Part shown: piece by piece, positions 19,312 to 30,417 of the stretch
Layout of the letters: the number at the start of each line of letters is the position of its first letter
How positions within the stretch are numbered: the first letter of the stretch is position 1
Assembly: GCA_937907455.1 (NCBI GenBank)
Contig: CALESQ010000120.1
Location: 35,447-99,446 of the forward strand
Direction of reading: 5' to 3'
DNA: 64,000 nucleotides
DNA from: an uncultured Caldilineales bacterium
GTDB lineage: Bacteria > Chloroflexota > Anaerolineae > JAAEKA01
Position numbers and translations under genes: made by a program
Notes under the pieces: model-generated
Database searches by the model: none
Told to the model about the DNA's origin: nothing
What the model saw: the letters and a program-made list of their open reading frames with translations, nothing else

Positions 19312-19336
19312 TATAGAAGCCAAAAGGAGATAAACG

Positions 19337-20614
19337 ATGCCAGTCACAGCAGTCGTCGGTGCTCAATGGGGCGATGAGGGCAAAGGGCGTGTCATTGATT
19401 TTCTGGCCGAAAACGCCGATGTGGTCATCCGCTTTCAGGGAGGCGACAATGCCGGCCATACGGTGGTCAACCACCTGGGCACGTTTCGCCTCCACTTGAT
19501 TCCCTCCGGTATTTTTTACTCCAACACGCACAACATCATTGGCGCGGGGCCGGTGGTGAATCCCGACAGCCTGTTGCGCGAGATGGCCGAGCTGACAGCC
19601 GCGGGTGTGGATTTGAGCAATCTATGGCTTTCAGATCGCGCCCACATTGTCATGCCCTACCATGTGCAGCTAGATGGCTTGCAAGAGGCGGCACGCGGCG
19701 GTGCAGCCATCGGCACCACCAAGCGCGGCATTGGTCCGGCCTACAGCGACAAGGCCGCGCGCTGGGGGCTGCGCCTGGGCGACCTGCTTCATCCCGATTG
19801 GCTGCAGGCACGACTGGAGCAGATCATCCCGCGCAAAAACGCTGATCTTGAGCGTTTTGGTGCGCCACCGCTGACAACAGAGGCGTTGTACGCGCAGTGC
19901 CTGGAGTGGGCAGCGCAGCTTGGTCCGCGCATTATCAACGTGTTGCCGCTGATACGTGCCGCGGTAGAGGCCGATCAGGCCGTGTTGCTGGAGGGCCAAC
20001 TGGGCGTGATGCGTGACCTGGATTGGGGCATTTACCCCTACGTCACGTCATCCAACCCCACCGCAGCCTTTGCCGCGGCGGGTGCAGGCATCCCTCCCGG
20101 CAAGATCAGCCGTGTAGTGGGAGTGGTCAAGGCCTACTCCACCTGTGTGGGTGCCGGGCCTTTTCCGGTGGAATTGCTGGATGAAGAGGGCGGGCGGCTG
20201 CGCCGGCTGGGTCACGAATATGGTGCTACTACCGGACGCCCGCGCCGCGTGGGCTGGTTTGACGGTGTGGCTATCAGCTATGCCGTATGGCTTAACGGCA
20301 TGACCGATCTGGCCGTTACCAAGCTGGATGTGCTTGATACGCTGCCGGAGCTGAAGATTTGCACCGGGTACCTTCTGGGCAAAGAGCGGCTCAGCCACGT
20401 TCCTGAGACTGCCGTGCTGGAGCAGGTGACGCCATGCTACGAGACATGGCCCGGCTGGCTGCAACCTACCACGGCTTGCCGCTCATGGGATGATTTGCCT
20501 ATGGCTGCCCAGCGCTATCTGCGGCGCATTGAAGAACTTGCCGGCGCTCCGCTGACGTGGGTTTCTGTAGGTGCAGAACGTGAGGCGATGTTTCGGGTAA
20601 TGAATAAGGCGTGA
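19337..20614 (+). CDS. purA: adenylosuccinate synthetase
   Basis: [24 protein letters not shown] motifs. Confidence 0.9.
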   Translation: MPVTAVVGAQWGDEGKGRVIDFLAENADVVIRFQGGDNAGHTVVNHLGTFRLHLIPSGIFYSNTHNIIGAGPVVNPDSLLREMAELTAAGVDLSNLWLSDRAHIVMPYHVQLDGLQEAARGGAAIGTTKRGIGPAYSDKAARWGLRLGDLLHPDWLQARLEQIIPRKNADLERFGAPPLTTEALYAQCLEWAAQLGPRIINVLPLIRAAVEADQAVLLEGQLGVMRDLDWGIYPYVTSSNPTAAFAAAGAGIPPGKISRVVGVVKAYSTCVGAGPFPVELLDEEGGRLRRLGHEYGATTGRPRRVGWFDGVAISYAVWLNGMTDLAVTKLDVLDTLPELKICTGYLLGKERLSHVPETAVLEQVTPCYETWPGWLQPTTACRSWDDLPMAAQRYLRRIEELAGAPLTWVSVGAEREAMFRVMNKA

Positions 20615-20690
20615 TTGGTTTCGGTACGGGCGGCAGACTTGAGTCGTGCAGGTTGTCGCCTCACGCCGTCCTACTCAACCAGCGGAACGC

Positions 20691-20763
20691 TCATTCCCAA
20701 TTCTCAACTCTCAATTCTCCCTTCTCAACTCTCAATTCCCAATTCCCAATTTTCAACTCCCAT
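20691..20763 (+). repeat. 73-nt G-less heptamer-repeat tract (YTCYCAA x8) forming the entire purA-purB spacer up to the purB ATG
   Basis: direct reading; zero G on the sense strand; no Shine-Dalgarno. Confidence 0.8.
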
Positions 20764-22156
20764 GTTCGCCCACGACACCTATCTTTCCCCCCTCACCTGG
20801 CGTTACGGCTCGGAGACGATGCGCGCCCTGTGGTCAGAACAGCACAAACGCCTTCTGTTAAGGCGCTTTTGGGTTGCTTTGGCAACTGCACAGCATGAGG
20901 CCGGCCTGGTCAGCGCGGCGCAGCTTGCCGATTTGCAGGCGCACGAGCAAGCAGTAGATTTGGCCCGCGCTGCCGAGATCGAGGCTGAGATCCGCCATGA
21001 CCTGATGGCTGAAATTCGCACCTACGCCGAGCAATGTACGGTGGGTGGTGGCATCATCCACCTGGGGGCCACCAGCACTGATGCGCTGGACAATGTGGAA
21101 GTGCTGCGGGTGGCCGAGGCGTTGGATCTGTTGCTGGCGACGTTGGCGCAGTTTTTGCGCGTAGTCAAAGAGCAGGTTGAGCGGTATGCCCAACTCACCT
21201 GCATGGCTTTCACCCATTTGCAGCCCGCCGAGCCGACCACGGTGGGGTATCGTCTGGCCCAGTATGGCTATGACCTGCTCACCGACTGGCAAGAGTTGCA
21301 GCGGGTGCGTGCCGGTCTGCGCGCCAAGGGATTGCGCGGGGCAGTGGGGACATCGGCTTCGTATACCCAACTGTTGGAAGACACCGGCTGGAGCGCCGAG
21401 CGGCTGGAAGCGCGCCTGCTGGCGCAACTCGGCTTGGCTGCGCACCCGGTGGGCACGCAGGTGTACCCGCGCAAACAAGATTGGTTGGTACTCAACGCGC
21501 TGGCCGGAGTCGCCCAATCCGTCTATCGCTTGGCCTATGATGTGCGGCTGTTACAAAGCCCTCCCATCGGTGAATGGAGCGAACCGTTCGGCGCGCAGCA
21601 GGTGGGCAGCAGTGCCATGCCTTTCAAGCGTAACCCCGTGGATGCGGAAAACCTCGACAGCCTGGCGCGGCAGCTCGCGGCATTACCCCGTATTACCTGG
21701 GACAACGCCGCCCACAGCCACTTGGAGCGCACACTGGACGACTCAGCCAACCGGCGTATGGTGCTGCCTGAGGCATTTTTGTTGGCTGATGAGCTGCTCC
21801 ACCGCGCCACGCGCCTGATGCAAGGGTTGGTGGTGCGCGAGGATGTAGTGGCCCGCCATGTTGCTCTCTATGGTGTGTTTGCTGCCACGGAACGCCTGCT
21901 GATGGAAGCCGTAAAGGCCGGTGGCGACCGGCAAGTGCTGCATGACATTCTGCGCGGCCACAGCCTGGCCGCCTGGGAAGCTGTGCGTCAGGGGTTGCCT
22001 AATCCATTGGCAGCAGGTTTGCGAGCCGATCCGCGGCTGACGCAGTGGCTGTTGCCCGGCGAAATCGCTTCGTTGCTGGATGCCGGTGATTATGTAGGCG
22101 ATGCACCGCAGCGCGCCCGCGCCCTGGCTCAAAACATCGCCGTTACCATCGCATGA
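20762..22156 (+). CDS. purB: adenylosuccinate lyase
   Basis: start at MFAHDTYLSPLTWRYGSETMRALWSE; ORF-track N-terminal extension (20615) is translation of the repeat tract and rejected. Confidence 0.85.
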   Translation: MFAHDTYLSPLTWRYGSETMRALWSEQHKRLLLRRFWVALATAQHEAGLVSAAQLADLQAHEQAVDLARAAEIEAEIRHDLMAEIRTYAEQCTVGGGIIHLGATSTDALDNVEVLRVAEALDLLLATLAQFLRVVKEQVERYAQLTCMAFTHLQPAEPTTVGYRLAQYGYDLLTDWQELQRVRAGLRAKGLRGAVGTSASYTQLLEDTGWSAERLEARLLAQLGLAAHPVGTQVYPRKQDWLVLNALAGVAQSVYRLAYDVRLLQSPPIGEWSEPFGAQQVGSSAMPFKRNPVDAENLDSLARQLAALPRITWDNAAHSHLERTLDDSANRRMVLPEAFLLADELLHRATRLMQGLVVREDVVARHVALYGVFAATERLLMEAVKAGGDRQVLHDILRGHSLAAWEAVRQGLPNPLAAGLRADPRLTQWLLPGEIASLLDAGDYVGDAPQRARALAQNIAVTIA

Positions 22157-22213
22157 ATGGATGTCATTAAGGTGAAGGTCCTGGCGCTTTAATTCAGGTA
22201 TCAAGGAGTTTGA

Positions 22214-24115
22214 ATGTCAACCTATTCTATTCAATCATTGCTTTCTGCCCGTAACTTTCGCCATCCTCAAGTGGTGGGTGACCGACTGTATTTCATCAGT
22301 GATCTTTCCGGCTGGCTCAGTTTGTATGTGATGGATGTGGCCGGCAGTGTGCCCCTGCCGCTGTTGCCTCCTGACATTGTGCTGCCTAACCCTGAGCATT
22401 TTGATGGCGCAGTGGCCTTCAAGGTGTTGCCGCAGCTTGGCAAAATTTTGCTGATGCTGGACCGCGACGGAGACGAAAACTATCAGCCGATGTGGGTTCC
22501 CCTGGAGGGCGGTTTGCCTGAGCTGGTTTTCGGCCAGCGGTTTGCTGGTCAACAGGTCTTTTGTGCCGAGTGCGATGCCGAACGCTTGCTGGCTTTGTTT
22601 ACCGTAGATGCGCGTACAGCCCCAGTCTACCACACTTGGCGCGTAGACCTGCGCACGCTGGAGATTGTTGATCTGGGCCAAAGCGAGTATGGCAATGTGC
22701 CTGTCGGTTATAGTTCCGACATGAACACCGTGATTCTGGCCGATAACTATACCTTCGGCGATATTATCCTGTATCGCTGGCAGGCCGATGCCGGGCCGCG
22801 CCGCTTGCTTTACGGCACGCCGCTGGGGCAGCGCACGCCTGGCAAAGTGTATGAGCGCAACGGCATCGGCGAGCTGCACTTCACCGCTCACGGCATTCTG
22901 CTCACCACCTGCCTGTTCGACGATCATTACGGCTTGGGCTATCTGCCCGACGCTGAGCCTGCTGTAATTCGTCCGGTCGCTATCGAGGGCTTGGTCCACA
23001 CCGGCAACGGCGAGTTGGAGGTACTGTATCATCGTCAAGGCGCGCGCTACACCGTGCATTACAACATTGACGGCGCTTCCTGGGTCTACGAAGGGGAGTT
23101 TGATGAAGCGGCGTTGTGCTTTAGCGTGCAGCGGGTGCTGGTGGGTGAGGGTCAACTCAGCGGTGGTGTGGTTGAGGCATTGGACTACGAAGAGGCTACA
23201 GGTCGCTATGTTCTGGCCTTTTCCACTGCGGTTTCTCCGTCGCAACTGTACCTGCTGGAGCCGGATGGCGCGCTCCGCCAGGTGACACAGGAACGCCTGC
23301 TGGGCATTCCCCGCTCAGCAATGGCCGCGGGAGAAGATTATGCCTATACCAGCCACGACGGCCTGCGCATTTCGGCGCGGCTCTACCTGCCTGCTGCCGA
23401 GTTGGGCTTCACCGGTCCGCGCCCGGTGGTTTTCTACATTCATGGCGGCCCCCAAAGCCAGGAGCGCCCTGACTTTACTTGGTTCTCTATGCCGTTGATT
23501 CAGTTTTTCACCCTGAATGGCTTTGCCGTGTGGGTTCCTAATGCACGCGGTAGCAGCGGCTATGGCATGGACTACATGCAGCGCGTAGATCATGACTGGG
23601 GTGGGCTGGATCGCTTAGATCACGTAGCGGCTTTTGAGCTGCTGCGCAGCGATGCCCGTCTGGACATGAACCGTGTCGGCGTGATGGGACGATCCTACGG
23701 CGGCTACATGACCCTGACCCTGCTGGGGCGGCATCCTGAGCTGTGGCGTGCCGGCGTAGATATGTTTGGCCCGTACAATCTGTTCACCTTTATAGATCGC
23801 CTGCCGGAAACCTGGAAGGTCTACTTCTATCAGGCTTTGGGTCACCCGGAGCAGGATAAAGCATTCCTGGAAGAGCGCTCACCCAGCAGCTATCTGGCGA
23901 ATCTGGCCTGCCCCTTGCTGGTGATGCAAGGCGCCAACGATCCGCGCGTGGTTGAGCGTGAGTCGCGCGATGTAGTTGAAACCCTGCAAGCACAGGGCAA
24001 GGCGGTGGACTATGTTGTCTACGCCGATGAAGGTCACGATGTGTTGAAATTCGTCAACAAGGTGGACTGCTACAGCCGCATCGTGCACTTCTTCGCCCAA
24101 TACCTCCAGCCGTAG
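22214..24115 (+). CDS. S9 family prolyl oligopeptidase / acylaminoacyl-peptidase-like serine peptidase
   Basis: 633 aa; N-terminal propeller region, C-terminal GRSYGGYM nucleophile elbow and GxxDxRV. Confidence 0.75.
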   Translation: MSTYSIQSLLSARNFRHPQVVGDRLYFISDLSGWLSLYVMDVAGSVPLPLLPPDIVLPNPEHFDGAVAFKVLPQLGKILLMLDRDGDENYQPMWVPLEGGLPELVFGQRFAGQQVFCAECDAERLLALFTVDARTAPVYHTWRVDLRTLEIVDLGQSEYGNVPVGYSSDMNTVILADNYTFGDIILYRWQADAGPRRLLYGTPLGQRTPGKVYERNGIGELHFTAHGILLTTCLFDDHYGLGYLPDAEPAVIRPVAIEGLVHTGNGELEVLYHRQGARYTVHYNIDGASWVYEGEFDEAALCFSVQRVLVGEGQLSGGVVEALDYEEATGRYVLAFSTAVSPSQLYLLEPDGALRQVTQERLLGIPRSAMAAGEDYAYTSHDGLRISARLYLPAAELGFTGPRPVVFYIHGGPQSQERPDFTWFSMPLIQFFTLNGFAVWVPNARGSSGYGMDYMQRVDHDWGGLDRLDHVAAFELLRSDARLDMNRVGVMGRSYGGYMTLTLLGRHPELWRAGVDMFGPYNLFTFIDRLPETWKVYFYQALGHPEQDKAFLEERSPSSYLANLACPLLVMQGANDPRVVERESRDVVETLQAQGKAVDYVVYADEGHDVLKFVNKVDCYSRIVHFFAQYLQP

Positions 24116-24135
24116 AATGGTTCTCCGAAGAAAAA

Positions 24136-25656
<1,521 letters not shown>

Positions 25657-25661
25657 GTTGG

Positions 25662-25778
25662 GTCACGAGCGCTTGCTGCGGTCTACAGCTTTCAGAATGG
25701 TCAGGTTCAGAACAATAAAACGCCAAAACTGATAGAGCTTGTTGTTCATCAGGGCGCGTTGGCGGTCGGTAATTTCCA
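25662..25778 (-). CDS. possible 38-aa small protein (MEITDRQRALMNNKLYQFWRFIVLNLTILKAVDRSKRS) downstream of sqr
   Basis: ATG with GGAGGCC RBS 13 nt after sqr stop on the same strand; below the ORF-track length cutoff; unsupported by homology. Confidence 0.25.
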
Positions 25779-25790
25779 TGATGGCCTCCT

Positions 25791-27227
25791 TTATTCAGGA
25801 ATAATCGTCCAGCCGGGCCGGCCTTGCAGTTTCCACATGAAGGTTTCGTGGATCATGCGCTTCATCCAGGCGCCCGCCAGACCCATCTCCATGTGGGTGA
25901 CTTGCAGGTCGCGCCCGGCTTCGTTCGGGAAGCGGCGCTGATCCGGCACGACCGGATAGATGTTGATAACCACGGCTGCGCCATCGCGCAGCGAGTCGCC
26001 CATCGAGGCGATGCACGATGCGAACATCTCGGACATGCGCTCGTGGTGGGTCATGCGCCCCTTCTTGATCAGGTCAATCACGTTCAGCGCCACGACACGG
26101 CCAATGATGCCCGACACCATGCCGGTGCGCGGCGGCGCGGCAGTGATGGATGTGCCGTTGGGGGTGACATGGGGCATAGAAATGGGGCCAGGCGGGGCAA
26201 AGGCAATGCCCGCGGCAAAGATGTTGCGGTAGGTGGGGTTTTGGTACACCGAGGGCCAGGCATCGGGGTTTTCCACCAGCACTTCGTAGGGCAGGCCGTA
26301 GATGCCATCCGTCAGGATAAAGCCCGCCTTGTTGGTGAGCTTATCAGAAACATCCTGGCCGTCGCTGCCGATGTAGCGCAGCGGCGCGCCGGTGAATTGC
26401 GGGATCAGCATGGCAAAGTCATACGGCGTTTCACCGTAGTTGCCCTCGAAGTCTTCCCAGTGGATGCTGTTCGCCTCGACGCGATGTACCCCTTTTTGAA
26501 TCTCCCAGGCAATGTCGTAGTCTTTGAAGATCGAGTGGATGAAGTCCTCGCTGTGGTAGACCTTGCCGTGCTGACGCACGCTGACCCCGTGCACGCCGAA
26601 ATCGCCCAGCGCCTGCTCGTTGGAAAGCCAGGTGAGCTGCACGCGGTCGCGCACCCCCTGCTTCACCAGGTCGCGGTGAATGTTGATCAGATACTCGAAG
26701 CCCGCGCCCTGGCAGGTTGCGCCCGGATGGCCGGTGCCGATCACCATGCGGCTGGTCTCGCCCTTTTTCAGACGCTGCACGATCTCCAGATAGCGGTCGC
26801 GCGCCTCAATCGCGTGCGGCAGGGTGCAGATCGAATGGCTCAGGCCCGCTTTTGGCCCCAGACCGGGCGTGCCCTCGTAGTTCAGCTTGGGGCCGGTGGC
26901 AATGATCAGGTAGTCGTAAGGCTGGCGCAGCAGTGCGCCGTCATCTGCTTCCACCACCACATATTGATCCTGCGGGTCGGGGTGAATTTCCGTGGCCTTG
27001 CCAATCACCAGCTTGACGTGCATCCGGTCGTAAACCGGTTTTAGCTTGAAGGTAGTCTTTTGCGGGGCCATGTGGCCGATCCCGACCCAGACCCAGGAGG
27101 GCACAAATCCAAAGAAGTCATAGCGATTGATGACTGTAATATCATGCTCTTTGCCGAGCCGATTGCCAAGATACAATGCCGCTGTATGTCCGGCAAAGCC
27201 GGCACCGATCACCACAACTTTAGCCAT
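25791..27227 (-). CDS. sqr: sulfide:quinone oxidoreductase (FAD-dependent, SQR family)
   Basis: start at MAKVVVIGAGFAGHTAALYLG (GGAGG RBS); YDYLIIATGPKL matches the Aquifex-type SQR motif. Confidence 0.75.
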   Translation of the reverse strand: MAKVVVIGAGFAGHTAALYLGNRLGKEHDITVINRYDFFGFVPSWVWVGIGHMAPQKTTFKLKPVYDRMHVKLVIGKATEIHPDPQDQYVVVEADDGALLRQPYDYLIIATGPKLNYEGTPGLGPKAGLSHSICTLPHAIEARDRYLEIVQRLKKGETSRMVIGTGHPGATCQGAGFEYLINIHRDLVKQGVRDRVQLTWLSNEQALGDFGVHGVSVRQHGKVYHSEDFIHSIFKDYDIAWEIQKGVHRVEANSIHWEDFEGNYGETPYDFAMLIPQFTGAPLRYIGSDGQDVSDKLTNKAGFILTDGIYGLPYEVLVENPDAWPSVYQNPTYRNIFAAGIAFAPPGPISMPHVTPNGTSITAAPPRTGMVSGIIGRVVALNVIDLIKKGRMTHHERMSEMFASCIASMGDSLRDGAAVVINIYPVVPDQRRFPNEAGRDLQVTHMEMGLAGAWMKRMIHETFMWKLQGRPGWTIIPE

Positions 27228-27348
27228 AGAGGGCCTCCTGGAGAGAAACAGAGACAGGGGTGTTTTTGCAAACCACGGAGCCGCAGTAAACCGCATTCAC
27301 TCAGACGCGGTTTAGCCGGAAAGGTTACTTTTTCAGATGAAATGAAAG

Positions 27349-27377
27349 TTGACAAACTTTCCTGTCCTGATTATACT
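27349..27377 (+). promoter_or_regulatory. sigma70-type promoter of ilv leader (-35 TTGACA, 17-nt spacer, -10 TATACT)
   Basis: direct reading. Confidence 0.5.
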
Positions 27378-27417
27378 GCGCCTACGTTTGAGACAGGCAG
27401 TTTTTAGTTTATGTCCT

Positions 27418-27519
27418 ATGGCTACCACCGGTTCTACGCTCTTCAACCTCCTTGTCATCCTCATTAGTGTGCTCCTGGTACTTGCCGGGAGCCAATGGCA
27501 GCTGGGAACCGAGCGTTGA
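27418..27519 (+). CDS. ilvB leader peptide (33 aa, branched-chain-rich: MATTGSTLFNLLVILISVLLVLAGSQWQLGTER)
   Basis: run of 14 Leu/Val/Ile codons in 15; lies between the promoter and a rho-independent terminator upstream of ilvB. Confidence 0.55.
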   Translation: MATTGSTLFNLLVILISVLLVLAGSQWQLGTER

Positions 27520-27552
27520 ACCACTTGTAGCAACATCACAAGCATGTGCGAA

Positions 27553-27583
27553 ACCCCTCCCAGCCGCGGAGGGGTTTTTTATT
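27553..27583 (+). terminator. rho-independent attenuator terminator upstream of ilvB
   Basis: CCCCTCC-cagccgcg-GGAGGGG followed by TTTTTTATT. Confidence 0.65.
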
Positions 27584-27741
27584 GAATTGGATAGCAGCCG
27601 GTTAGCTAAATCAAGTCGCTTTCCGGAGTATGGCAAGCCGATCCAGGCGATGAAGCCTCTATCTGATCTGCCCAGCAAGGGCGGGCTCAGGTTGAGGCTT
27701 TTTGTATCTGGTTGGGCAAACACAGGAAAGGTGTGATTCAC

Positions 27742-29460
27742 ATGGAGAAGACAGGCGCTCAAATCGTTTGGGAGACCATTTTGCGCGAAGGCGTGGATAC
27801 GGTCTTCGGCTATCCCGGCGGTGCGACTTTGCCCATTTATGACGCTATGCCGGCATATCCCATCCGCCATGTTCTGGTGCGCCACGAACAGGCTGCCGTC
27901 CACATGGCCGAAGGCTGGGCGCGTGCCACGGGTAAGGTCGGTGTGGCGCTGGCTACCAGCGGCCCCGGGGCTACCAATCTCGTCACTGGTCTGGCAAATG
28001 CCATGATGGATTCGATCCCGATTGTGGCAATCACCGGTCAGGTGGCTACTCATCTGCTGGGCGGCGACGCCTTTCAGGAAACCGACGTGACCGGCATCAC
28101 CTTGCCGATCACCAAGTACAACTATCTCATCACCGACATTGCTGATCTGGGTGAGGCGCTGGTTGAAGCGTTCTATATTGCGCGTAGTGGGCGCCCCGGC
28201 CCGGTGCTGGTGGATATTTGCAAAGACGTACAAAACAGCAAAATTGACTGGGAATACTCTGCTGAGTTGACTCGCCCCGGTCTGGTGAAGGTGTTGCGCG
28301 AACAGCCCGACGCCGTGGTTGCCGCTGCCACGCTGATCAATCAGGCACAGCGCCCGCTGATTATTGCCGGCCACGGTGTGCAGATGGGCGAGGCTCAGGC
28401 TGAATTGATGGAGTTGGCAGAGCGGGCTGAAATTCCCGTGGTCACCACGTTGCTGGGTATTGGTGTCATTACCGAGAACCACCGCCTGGCCCTGGGCATG
28501 GGCGGCATGCACGGCGAGGCTGCCACCAATCACGCCGTGCAGGAATGCGATGTGTTGATAGCTGTGGGAATGCGCTTCGATGACCGTATCACCGGACGGT
28601 TAGATCAGTTTGCACCCAAAGCTAAAGTGATCCACTTCGAGCTGGATCCCTCCGAGGTGGGCAAGAACGTCAAACCCGCGGTGACTGTGCTGGGCGACTG
28701 CAAGCATACCCTGGGGCAACTGCTGCCGAACATCGAACCAAAGCAGCATCAGCAATGGCTGACAACCATTCATGAATGGCAGGACACCACCGGCAAGGTA
28801 GACATTGCCAACCAGGAAGTAGATGAGCTGATCCCGCCTTTTGTGATGCGCCAACTGTGGTATGCCACGCAGGGCAATTGCACGGTGGTGACAGACGTAG
28901 GCCAGCATCAGATGTGGGAGGCCCAATACTTCACCCATCTGCGCCCGGGCCAGTTGATCACCAGCGGCGGGCTGGGCACGATGGGCTTCGGCGTGCCTGC
29001 GGCTGTGGGAGCCAAGATTGGCCGCCCTGACCAATTGGTTTGGGTGATGGTGGGCGATGGTGGCTTCCAGCAAACCATGCAGGAATTGGGCACCATTATT
29101 CAGGAAAATGTCGGGGTGAAAATTGGTATCATCAACAACGGCTTTTTAGGCATGGTGCGTCAGTGGCAGCAGTTCTTCTATGAAAAGCGCTATGCCGGCA
29201 CGCCGATGATCAGTCCAGATTACATGAAGCTGGCTGATGCCTACGGCATTCCTGCATTGCGCGTGACCAAAAACGATGAGGTTTTTTCGGCCATGCAGCA
29301 GGCCAACGCTCATGATGGCCCCTTCCTGATCGAATTCCGTGTGATGGAAGAAGTAAACGTGTACCCGATGGTGGCCCCCGGCGCGGCCGTCGGTGATATG
29401 ATCCGCCGCCCCGGCCCCGCCATTGTCCAGGGCTATTCCGGTGTGCAACCGAGTTGGTAG
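27742..29460 (+). CDS. ilvB: acetolactate synthase large subunit
   Basis: start [27 protein letters not shown]; ThDP-enzyme motifs. Confidence 0.9.
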   Translation: MEKTGAQIVWETILREGVDTVFGYPGGATLPIYDAMPAYPIRHVLVRHEQAAVHMAEGWARATGKVGVALATSGPGATNLVTGLANAMMDSIPIVAITGQVATHLLGGDAFQETDVTGITLPITKYNYLITDIADLGEALVEAFYIARSGRPGPVLVDICKDVQNSKIDWEYSAELTRPGLVKVLREQPDAVVAAATLINQAQRPLIIAGHGVQMGEAQAELMELAERAEIPVVTTLLGIGVITENHRLALGMGGMHGEAATNHAVQECDVLIAVGMRFDDRITGRLDQFAPKAKVIHFELDPSEVGKNVKPAVTVLGDCKHTLGQLLPNIEPKQHQQWLTTIHEWQDTTGKVDIANQEVDELIPPFVMRQLWYATQGNCTVVTDVGQHQMWEAQYFTHLRPGQLITSGGLGTMGFGVPAAVGAKIGRPDQLVWVMVGDGGFQQTMQELGTIIQENVGVKIGIINNGFLGMVRQWQQFFYEKRYAGTPMISPDYMKLADAYGIPALRVTKNDEVFSAMQQANAHDGPFLIEFRVMEEVNVYPMVAPGAAVGDMIRRPGPAIVQGYSGVQPSW

Positions 29461-29696
29461 ATTGGTAAGTAGTCAGGAGTAAGTAGTGAGCAGTTGAAGA
29501 GTCTGTGTGAAAGCGTTGCAGAGAATTCCGAAGTGGCAATTTTACCCGTTGAGTTGCCGTAAGCTGGTTAACCCTGGCTTTAGGCGATTTGCCACTTCTG
29601 AATTCTGAATTTCGATTTCTTTAACGTTTTTCAGAGATTGTTTAACTCCTGACGATTTACTTCTTACTCCTTACTGTCTGCAAAAGGATTGAGACC
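29461..29696 (+). promoter_or_regulatory. 236-nt highly structured ilvB-ilvN spacer (nested inverted repeats; GGAGTAAGTAG / CTTACTCCTTAC flanks; 17-bp palindrome GAATTCCGAAGTGGCAA...TTGCCACTTCTGAATTC)
   Basis: direct reading; ilvB and ilvN are usually adjacent. Confidence 0.4.
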
Positions 29697-30230
29697 ATGA
29701 AACACACAGTCGTCGCATGGATGGAAGACCGCCCCGGTGTTTTGTCCCGCGTATCCAATTTGTTCCGCCGTCGTGGATTTAACATCGAAAGCCTGGCCGT
29801 TGGCCCCAGCGAAACTTCGGGCATCAGTCGCATGACCTTTGTGGTGGATGGCGATGAGCGCATGGTGGATCAGGCCGTCAAGCAACTGGAAAAGCAGATT
29901 GACGTGACCCGCGTCGAGGATGTCACCGATCAGCCGGTGGTCGTGCGCGAGCTGGCGTTGATCCGGGTGCGCACCGACACACAAACCCGCACCGAGATCA
30001 TGCAGATCGTGGATGTGTATCGTGCCCAGATTGTGGACATTGCTCTCGATTCGCTGATTATTCAGGTGGTGGGTGCGGAAGAGCGCATTAACAGCCTGAT
30101 TGATCTGCTGGACCACTATGGCATTCGTGAGATGGTGCGTACCGGACGCGTAGCCATCACCCGCGGGCGCGCTACACTGGAAAGCGCACAGCATAATGGC
30201 AACGGCAATGGCCGCAAGATGGGAATTTAG
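29697..30230 (+). CDS. ilvN: acetolactate synthase small (regulatory) subunit
   Basis: [42 protein letters not shown] domain. Confidence 0.85.
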   Translation: MKHTVVAWMEDRPGVLSRVSNLFRRRGFNIESLAVGPSETSGISRMTFVVDGDERMVDQAVKQLEKQIDVTRVEDVTDQPVVVRELALIRVRTDTQTRTEIMQIVDVYRAQIVDIALDSLIIQVVGAEERINSLIDLLDHYGIREMVRTGRVAITRGRATLESAQHNGNGNGRKMGI

Positions 30231-30303
30231 TGCAATAGTACGCAGGTGAGATGGTGAGATAGCGGTTGTTCTATAGTCGCGGCACTGCTTTTGCCAGGCC
30301 TCG

Positions 30304-30408
30304 CTACACATTCACCAACTCACTCACTATCTCACTATCTTACTATCTCACTAACTCACTAATTCACTATCTCACTCCCACACTCCCACACTATCTCTAC
30401 TTTACCCC
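30304..30408 (+). repeat. 105-nt G-less octamer-repeat tract (CTCACTAT x~10) in ilvC 5' leader
   Basis: direct reading; preceded by complementary purine-type copy GGTGAGATGGTGAGATAG (30246-30263). Confidence 0.8.
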
Positions 30409-30417
30409 GAGGAATTC

